Source: Chthonomonadales bacterium
GTDB taxonomy: Bacteria > Armatimonadota > Chthonomonadetes > Chthonomonadales > Chthonomonadaceae
Direction: 5' to 3'
Assembly: GCA_038217285.1 (NCBI GenBank)
Contig: JBBQPO010000169.1
Coordinates: 1-13,304 of the forward strand
Length of the DNA: 13,304 nucleotides
Positions within the stretch are counted from its first letter, which is position 1; each line of letters starts with the position of its first letter. This document shows positions 7,849-13,304 of this stretch, piece by piece. A model generated the notes under the pieces. The model did no database searches. It worked only from the letters and a program-made list of their open reading frames with translations, and was not told where the DNA came from. The position numbers and the translations under genes were made by a program.

Positions 7849-8699
7849 GGTGAGTTTGCAGTGCGCTCCCAGTATGCCGCGTCGGAATCTATCCTGACGA
7901 GTTCGTCTGTAATGCCATGCTCCTGACGGTAGTCATCGACGGCCTGTCTGCAGGCGACCAGATGGTAATATTCGTCGATGATCGCATAACCACCCACCGA
8001 TAGCTTTGGATAGATGGACTTCAGACTGTCCATCGTGGACTCGTACATATCCCCGTCCAGCCGCATCACGGCAACCTGCTGCATGGGGGCGGTAGGCAGC
8101 GTGTCTTTGAACCAACCCTTGAGGAAACGCACCTGGTCGTCCAGCAGGTCATAGCGGGCAAAATTTGCCTGCACTTCTTCCAGCGAAACCATGAGATCCT
8201 TCCAGGTATGGTAAGGAATGTCGGCATCTAGCGGGTACTCCTTGTCGGGTGGGGGCAGACCAGCGAAGCTATCGGCCCCGTAGACGATGCGATCTCGCAC
8301 GCCGTAGGCTTTGAGGACGGCCCGCATCAGGATGATCCCTCCACCACGCCAGACACCCATCTCGATCAGGTCGCCCGGCACCTCGTTTCTCAACACCTGC
8401 TCGATACAGAACTGAATGTTGTCCAGACGCTGGATATTCAGCAGTGTCTGTGACATCACCGGCCAATCGTTGCCTTCCAGCCGTTTCGCAGGATCGAACT
8501 GTTTGGGGATGACGATCCGCATGTTGAACGCTTCCGCAGCCACTTTGATCAATTTCTTGACCGGATGCCTCGGCTCGATATAGATGACCTCCTTGTCCCC
8601 ATAGATCATATTAAGCAGGGAGCGTTTCATCAGATCCAGGTAGAGCGCACGCCCGTCGCCCGAATCCGTTGTAGAAGGCAGCCTATCAATCGTATTCAT
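7845..8699 (-). CDS. TylF/MycF/NovP-family SAM- and metal-dependent sugar O-methyltransferase
   Basis: ATG 8699 follows GGAG; the upstream 52 codons of the track ORF are the promoter/leader repeat. Motifs LYLDLMKRSL, VPGDLIEMGVWRGG, ADSFAGLP, GWFKDTLP, RLDGDMYEST and GGYAIIDEY. Confidence 0.92.
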   Translation of the reverse strand: MNTIDRLPSTTDSGDGRALYLDLMKRSLLNMIYGDKEVIYIEPRHPVKKLIKVAAEAFNMRIVIPKQFDPAKRLEGNDWPVMSQTLLNIQRLDNIQFCIEQVLRNEVPGDLIEMGVWRGGGIILMRAVLKAYGVRDRIVYGADSFAGLPPPDKEYPLDADIPYHTWKDLMVSLEEVQANFARYDLLDDQVRFLKGWFKDTLPTAPMQQVAVMRLDGDMYESTMDSLKSIYPKLSVGGYAIIDEYYHLVACRQAVDDYRQEHGITDELVRIDSDAAYWERTANSP

Positions 8700-8719
8700 C
8701 TCTTGCTCCAAAAGGTGAG

Positions 8720-8869
8720 TTGGGTTGCACATTACCGAAAGGGCGATCACTTGTAGGAAAGGCACTCGAGGTTGAGGGGCATTTTCAGCGGCTGTAGGCG
8801 CTACCTTTCCAGTCGTGCGGCTTCCGCTAACATTGTAGCAGAGTGCGCGCCACATTCAGAAGGTTTACG
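8720..8869 (-). repeat. Copy 2 of the diverged promoter/5' leader repeat, upstream of the TylF gene
   Basis: The reverse complement reads ...GGCGCGCACTCTGCTACAATGTTAGCGGAAGCCGCACGACTGGAAAGGTAGCGCCTACAGCC..., matching 3257 onward. It begins at the stop codon of the NoeA-like gene. Confidence 0.9.
8832..8840 (-). promoter_or_regulatory. Extended -10 promoter TGcTACAAT for the TylF gene
   Basis: TGnTACAAT on the minus strand, at the position homologous to TGcTATAAT at 3268-3276. Confidence 0.7.
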
Positions 8870-10259
8870 TTGGAGGATGGCCGCGCAGGAGGTAGAGCGT
8901 ACGTTCGCTGTCCGGTACGGGAATAGAGCGAACAATGTCGAAGCAGCGGCAGAAGGCCGTCTCGAAGCCGGATACGGTGTAGTCCGTAAAAATATCTTCC
9001 CGACTGGCGAGGAGACGCTGCACCTGGGAGTCGCTTTTGGGAACGAACTCGATGATCAGCCACTCCCCAAGGCTCCGAAAGAACCGCGCGACGTTGTCGA
9101 GGGGAACGTTGTTGGCGATCGCCAGATGATGGATCAGCGCGAGCGCCAGCAGCAGGTCGGCAGGCCCTCGGGCGCTTAGAGAGCGGCGCTCCCGGAGCGC
9201 CCAGCCCAGGTCCGGACTCGGGTTGGTGAGATCCCCCAGAAGAGGCAACAGATGTTTCTCTCCGTTCGCCCGACCCTCCAGATAGTTCTTCTCGACGGCC
9301 GCTGGATCGATATCCATGGAGACCGTCTGTATGCCACGACCACTGGCGACCCGACTGAACAGGCCCGTGTTCGCGCCGAGATCCCACGCGGTTTTGGGCG
9401 CAGGAACAACGGTGTCCAGTAGTTCGGCCACCAGTCGGCGCTTGCCGCCCATGGCCTCATCGGAGTAGTTTGTCTCGGTGTAGTATTCCGCCCAGGTGGT
9501 GCCGGAAGGCTTCCATGTCTGACTCCGAACGGCGCCCTCCAGGCTGTCGATCAGACCCAGTAAGGCGGTGCGGCTCATACCGCCCGACCCTCCGGAACGG
9601 CGTACCGCCTCACCCTCGTAGCGTTTCTGCGCCGCGCCGTGCAGATGAATATGTGTCAGCAGTCCGACCTGGAGCCAGGTGCTGCGTGGCAGCAGGCGAC
9701 TGGCCAGGTCCAGCGGAATACCATCTATGTGGACGCGCAACAACTGCTGCAGGCGCACGTCAGTCCGGCTCATGAGGGCCAGCGGCGCCAGGAAATGCTG
9801 GCAGAACTGTTTGTAGGCCGTCCAGGGGCTGCCTTCTTCTACCTTTTCAAAAGAGAGCGTATCGATCAGCGTCGGCTTGCCGTCGCGGAACTGGATGTTG
9901 TAGGCGCTCGCGTCCTTGAGCGTCATCCCGAATCGAAGCGCTTCCTTCTGAATCTGCAGGGTCGCGTGGGCGGCGTCTTTGAGCTGACTGAAACACCATT
10001 CATAGGGATACGAGATAAAGGGAACCCGTTCCGGTCGGAGGATGCGGTAGGCGTCCGGAGTAAGCCGACTCTCGACGCTCTCCTCGATATGGGAGATCAT
10101 CAGGCCCGACTCTACCAGCGCCTGATAGAGTCCGGACCCGGTGAGAAGATCATACTCTTCCTTATAGCTGCGCTGCACCTGACGTAAAAGCGTCTCTTCA
10201 CGATAGAAGATGAACCCGCTGGGATCCCGGAAAGAGCCCGGGTCTACCGACAGGCTCAT
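8865..10259 (-). CDS. NoeA-like protein: kinase-like N-terminal domain + C-terminal class I SAM-dependent methyltransferase
   Basis: Family motifs GSFRDPSG, FISYPYEWCFSQLKDAA, LKDASAYNIQF, LIDTLSFE, QFCQHFLAPL; SAM motif I WDLGANTG; LALALIHHLAI; IIEFVPKSD. The ATG overlaps the upstream TGA (ATGA, 10256-10259). Confidence 0.88.
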   Translation of the reverse strand: MSLSVDPGSFRDPSGFIFYREETLLRQVQRSYKEEYDLLTGSGLYQALVESGLMISHIEESVESRLTPDAYRILRPERVPFISYPYEWCFSQLKDAAHATLQIQKEALRFGMTLKDASAYNIQFRDGKPTLIDTLSFEKVEEGSPWTAYKQFCQHFLAPLALMSRTDVRLQQLLRVHIDGIPLDLASRLLPRSTWLQVGLLTHIHLHGAAQKRYEGEAVRRSGGSGGMSRTALLGLIDSLEGAVRSQTWKPSGTTWAEYYTETNYSDEAMGGKRRLVAELLDTVVPAPKTAWDLGANTGLFSRVASGRGIQTVSMDIDPAAVEKNYLEGRANGEKHLLPLLGDLTNPSPDLGWALRERRSLSARGPADLLLALALIHHLAIANNVPLDNVARFFRSLGEWLIIEFVPKSDSQVQRLLASREDIFTDYTVSGFETAFCRCFDIVRSIPVPDSERTLYLLRGHPPT

Positions 10260-10492
10260 TCTTCGCCGCGCTTTTCCATCCCGATTTTGCCCGCAAACAT
10301 TTTCGCCGTGGAAGCCTTGAGGCGCTGCCAGGAGAGTTTTATCGTGAAGGCCAGGCCGAGAAGCCCTGCCATCAACATTTGCAGCACGTAGCTGCCGCTG
10401 CCCGCGTCGATATAGGCGTGTGCCGGTGCGACGGTTCCGATCAATACGGCTGCAATTACTAGATATACCATGTTACTTGTACTCCTCGTCAT
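10256..10492 (-). CDS. Small membrane protein of the 'AY(I/L)DPG(T/S)GS' type (signal peptide + one TM helix + basic tail)
   Basis: VYLVIAAVLIGTVAPAHA|YIDAGSGSYVLQMLMAGLLGLAFTIKLSWQRLK: an AxA signal-peptidase site directly before the motif, then a TM helix and a basic tail. An alternative start is ATG 10471, which has GAGGAG 10 nt upstream. It is coupled to the NoeA-like gene by an ATGA overlap. Confidence 0.85.
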   Translation of the reverse strand: MTRSTSNMVYLVIAAVLIGTVAPAHAYIDAGSGSYVLQMLMAGLLGLAFTIKLSWQRLKASTAKMFAGKIGMEKRGEE

Positions 10493-10737
10493 TAGGATAG
10501 ACGTACCACGCATAGCAAGAGTTCATCAACAGCGCGAACGAAGCCAGGAAACATTTCACGGAACTTCTGCATGTCGTACCGGATTGACGCGAATGCATGG
10601 CAGTCGTTACGGCGGCTTTCGCGCGGTTTGAGGGAACGTCGCCGTTTCCCCGGCTCTTTTGCGGAGCGTCGCACCGCGAATTTGACCGTCGCCGCTCCGT
10701 CTGCGGTACTATATTGTGTCAGGGAAGGAGTCGGAGG

Positions 10738-11373
10738 ATGTATATACCAAACCCATTTCGAATTGAGAATAACGACGACCTGCACGCCTTCATACGGGAG
10801 AACAGTTTTGCAGCGTTGGTAACCATGGAGGCGAACGGCGCGCCGTTCGCCACGCATCTGCCGTTCCTGCTGGATGCCGCGGCGGGGGAGACGGGGATGT
10901 TACGGGCGCATATGGCGCGGGCCAATCCCCAGTGGCAGCATTTCCAGGCGGGCCGGGAGGCGCTCGTGGTGTTTCAGGGGCCGCATGCCTATATCTCGCC
11001 CTCCTGGTATGCGGCGCAGCCGGCGGTACCGACCTGGAACTATGCCGCCGTCCATGCCTACGGGACACCGCGCTTACTGGATGCGTCCGGCCTGAAGTCC
11101 TTGCTCTACGCGATGGTCGCGCTTTACGAAGGGGTCGGCGAGGAGAGTTGGCAGTTCGAGATGGGGCCGGAGTATGTCGAGCAGATGATGCGCGGCATCG
11201 TCGGGTTTGAGATTCCCATCGCGCGGCTGGAAGGCAAGCTGAAAATGAGCCAGAATCGCAGTGAGACGGATCGCCGTCAGGTCCGCGACGCACTGCGCGC
11301 CAGCGGGCGAGCCTCGGATGCGGAGGTGGCAGCGCTGATGCTGCCAACGGAATCGGCGCCGCGCCTGTCATAG
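10738..11373 (+). CDS. paiB: PaiB-family (FMN-binding split-barrel, 'negative transcriptional regulator') protein
   Basis: ATG 10738 follows purine-rich GGAAGGAG/GGAGG. Motifs MYIP--F, ATHLPF, HMARANPQW, GPHAYISPSWY, VPTWNYAAVH and GKLKMSQNR. Confidence 0.92.
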   Translation: MYIPNPFRIENNDDLHAFIRENSFAALVTMEANGAPFATHLPFLLDAAAGETGMLRAHMARANPQWQHFQAGREALVVFQGPHAYISPSWYAAQPAVPTWNYAAVHAYGTPRLLDASGLKSLLYAMVALYEGVGEESWQFEMGPEYVEQMMRGIVGFEIPIARLEGKLKMSQNRSETDRRQVRDALRASGRASDAEVAALMLPTESAPRLS

Positions 11374-11424
11374 AGGCCGGATGCGCTTGCGAGCGCCCAA
11401 CAATATTGATGCGCAGGGAGCCCT

Positions 11425-13304
11425 ATGCAAGAGAACGAACAACCAACGGAGTCCACGCTGCAGACTCCTGCAGCCGCCGTGACGATACAGATTCCCGACT
11501 TCGCGGTGGTGGTGCTGATCGGTGTGAGCGGCAGCGGCAAGTCCACCTTTGCCCGTAAGCATTTTCTGCCGTCCGAATGCCTCTCCTCGGATGCGTTTCG
11601 GGGAATGGTCAGCGACGACGAGAACGATCAGAGCGCGACCAACGACGCTTTCGAGGCGCTGCACTATATGGCGGAGATGCGCCTGCGTCGGCGCAGGATC
11701 GTCGTGATCGATGCGACGAATGTGCAGGAGGCGGCCCGAAAGCCGCTGGTCGAGCTGGCGCATCGCAACGACGTGCTGGCCGTCGCGATCGTCCTGAACG
11801 TGCCGGAGCGAACCTGCCAGGATCGCAATCGGGATCGCCCCGACCGGCAGTTCGGGCCGCATGTCGTCGGCAATCAGAGCCGTCAGTTGCGCCAGTCTTT
11901 CCCAAACCTGCGTCGCGAAGGCTTTCGGTACATCTTCAAGTTCAATGAGGCGGAGATCGCGAATGTCGGTATCGAGCGCGTGCCGCTCTGGACGGATCGC
12001 CGCAAGGAGGCCGGGCCGTTCGACATCATCGGCGACGTTCACGGCTGCGGTGACGAACTGAGGGCCCTGTTGACGCAGCTCGGGTATGCCGAGCAGGAGG
12101 GCGCGTGGAGGCATGCGGAGGGGCGGCGCGCCGTGTTCGTGGGGGATCTGGTGGATCGAGGCCCGAAGGTGGTGGAGACCGTGCGCCTGGTGCGGAGCAT
12201 GATGTGGGCGGGCGCGGCCCTCTGCGTCCCAGGCAACCACGATACGAAACTGAGCAGGGCCTTGAAGGGCAATCCTGTGGCGAAGACGCACGGACTGATG
12301 GAGAGCCTCGCCCAGATCGAAGCCCTGCCGGAAGAGGAGCGGAATGCGTTCACGCAGGACTATCTCCGCTTCGCGGAGGATCTGGTGTCGCATCTCTGGC
12401 TGGACGGCGGCGCGCTCTGTGTGGCCCATGCCGGAATGAAAGAGGGTTACATGGGGCGGGCGTCGGGGCGTGTACGCGACTTCGCGCTGTATGGCGAGAC
12501 GACGGGCGAGACGGACGAGTTCGGCCTGCCGGTTCGCTATCCCTGGGCCCAGGACTACCGGGGGAAGACCTCGGTGGTCTATGGGCATACGCCGGTGCCG
12601 GAGGCCGAGTGGCTGAATAACACGATCAATCTCGACACCGGCTGCGTCTTCGGCGGCAAACTCACCGCGCTGCGATGGCCCGAGCGCGAACTGGTGCAGA
12701 TTCCGGCGGCGCGGACCTACGCGGAACCCGTGCGCCCATTCCTGCCCGTCGCTGCGGAACCCGAGTCGGTGGAGACGTCGGACGTCTCGCTGCAGTGGCA
12801 GCACGACGAGCTGCTGCGCGCGGAGGATGTGCTGGGCAAGCGGATCGTGACGACTCGCCTGATGCCGAGTGTGATCATCCCGGCCGAGAACGCGGCGGCG
12901 GCGCTCGAAGTGATGAGTCGCTTCGCGGTCGAACCGCGCTGGCTGCTCTATCTGCCGCCCACGATGTCGCCTTGTGAGACGGCTCCGGCAGGCGAACTGC
13001 TGGAACAGCCTGCGGAGGCGTTCGCCTACTTCCGAAATGTGGGAGTCACGGAGGTCGTCTGCCAGCGCAAGCATATGGGCAGCCGTGCAGTCGTCGTGAT
13101 CTGTCGCGATGCCGAGGCCGCCCGGCAGCGGTTCGGCGCGACGACAGGCGAGATCGGGCAGTGCGTCACCCGCACCGGGCGTCGGTTCTTCGACGATGCT
13201 ACGCTGCATCACGGGCTTCTGGAGGAGTTTGGCGCCGCTCTGGAGCGCGCGGGCTTCTGGGAGGAGTTCGGAACCGACTGGGCCTGTTTCGACTGCGAGC
13301 TTAT
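11425..13304 (+). CDS. pnkp: Bacterial polynucleotide kinase-phosphatase-ligase (Pnkp, RNA repair), truncated by the window end
   Basis: Translated by hand; absent from the ORF track because there is no stop in the window. ATG 11425 follows GGGAG. P-loop LIGVSGSGKSTFARKHF, then SSD-FRGMVSDDENDQSAT and IDATNVQ. Metallophosphoesterase motifs IIGDVHGC, FVGDLVDRGP, PGNHD, VAHAG, YGHTP, LDTGCVFGG. Ligase region ALEVMSRFAV, YLPPTMSP, KHMGSRAV. Confidence 0.96.
   Translation, partial: MQENEQPTESTLQTPAAAVTIQIPDFAVVVLIGVSGSGKSTFARKHFLPSECLSSDAFRGMVSDDENDQSATNDAFEALHYMAEMRLRRRRIVVIDATNVQEAARKPLVELAHRNDVLAVAIVLNVPERTCQDRNRDRPDRQFGPHVVGNQSRQLRQSFPNLRREGFRYIFKFNEAEIANVGIERVPLWTDRRKEAGPFDIIGDVHGCGDELRALLTQLGYAEQEGAWRHAEGRRAVFVGDLVDRGPKVVETVRLVRSMMWAGAALCVPGNHDTKLSRALKGNPVAKTHGLMESLAQIEALPEEERNAFTQDYLRFAEDLVSHLWLDGGALCVAHAGMKEGYMGRASGRVRDFALYGETTGETDEFGLPVRYPWAQDYRGKTSVVYGHTPVPEAEWLNNTINLDTGCVFGGKLTALRWPERELVQIPAARTYAEPVRPFLPVAAEPESVETSDVSLQWQHDELLRAEDVLGKRIVTTRLMPSVIIPAENAAAALEVMSRFAVEPRWLLYLPPTMSPCETAPAGELLEQPAEAFAYFRNVGVTEVVCQRKHMGSRAVVVICRDAEAARQRFGATTGEIGQCVTRTGRRFFDDATLHHGLLEEFGAALERAGFWEEFGTDWACFDCEL

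Noticed and set aside
8700-8855. 52-aa N-terminal extension of the TylF ORF (MWRALCYNVSGSR...) and the similar peptide ending ORF 2554-3375
   Set aside because: Both are translations of the promoter/leader repeat; 'CYN' is TGcTAyAAT. The real start is ATG 8699 with an RBS. The repeat begins upstream of the predicted TSS, so a shared leader peptide is unlikely.
10738-11373. PaiB as a piperazate-synthase-like N-N bond-forming enzyme in a biosynthetic cluster
   Set aside because: No ornithine/lysine N-hydroxylase or NRPS is nearby; it looks like an ordinary stand-alone PaiB.
11368-13212. 614-aa minus-strand ORF
   Set aside because: Antisense shadow of pnkp caused by GC-rich codon bias; no recognisable motifs, while the plus frame has all Pnkp motifs.
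1-13304. CRISPR arrays, tRNA/rRNA genes, IS elements or recombinases
   Set aside because: I saw no regularly spaced repeats, cloverleaf structures, or transposase/integrase motifs.

Overview
GC-rich bacterial window; the gene content suggests Armatimonadota/Chthonomonadales, but that is an inference. There are three blocks. (1) Left end, minus strand: a secreted TPR-like/C39-peptidase protein (221-1468) that stops at a frame break. A Cys-rich frame continues from there off the window and looks like the lead-in to an RHS-type protein. (2) A probable cell-surface modification locus (2066-10492): acyltransferase-3, YVTN beta-propeller/phosphoesterase, a membrane-anchored LtaS/EptA-like (alkaline phosphatase superfamily) enzyme, a TylF/MycF O-methyltransferase, a NoeA-like protein with a kinase-like N-terminus and SAM-methyltransferase C-terminus, and a small 'AYIDxGSGS' membrane peptide translationally coupled to it. 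Two diverged, inverted copies of a ~150-bp promoter+leader (3240-3387 on +, 8720-8869 on -) face inward and bracket 5.3 kb of this locus. (3) Right end: a PaiB-family gene and a bacterial polynucleotide kinase-phosphatase-ligase (pnkp) that runs off the window, is missing from the ORF track, and has no hen1 directly upstream.
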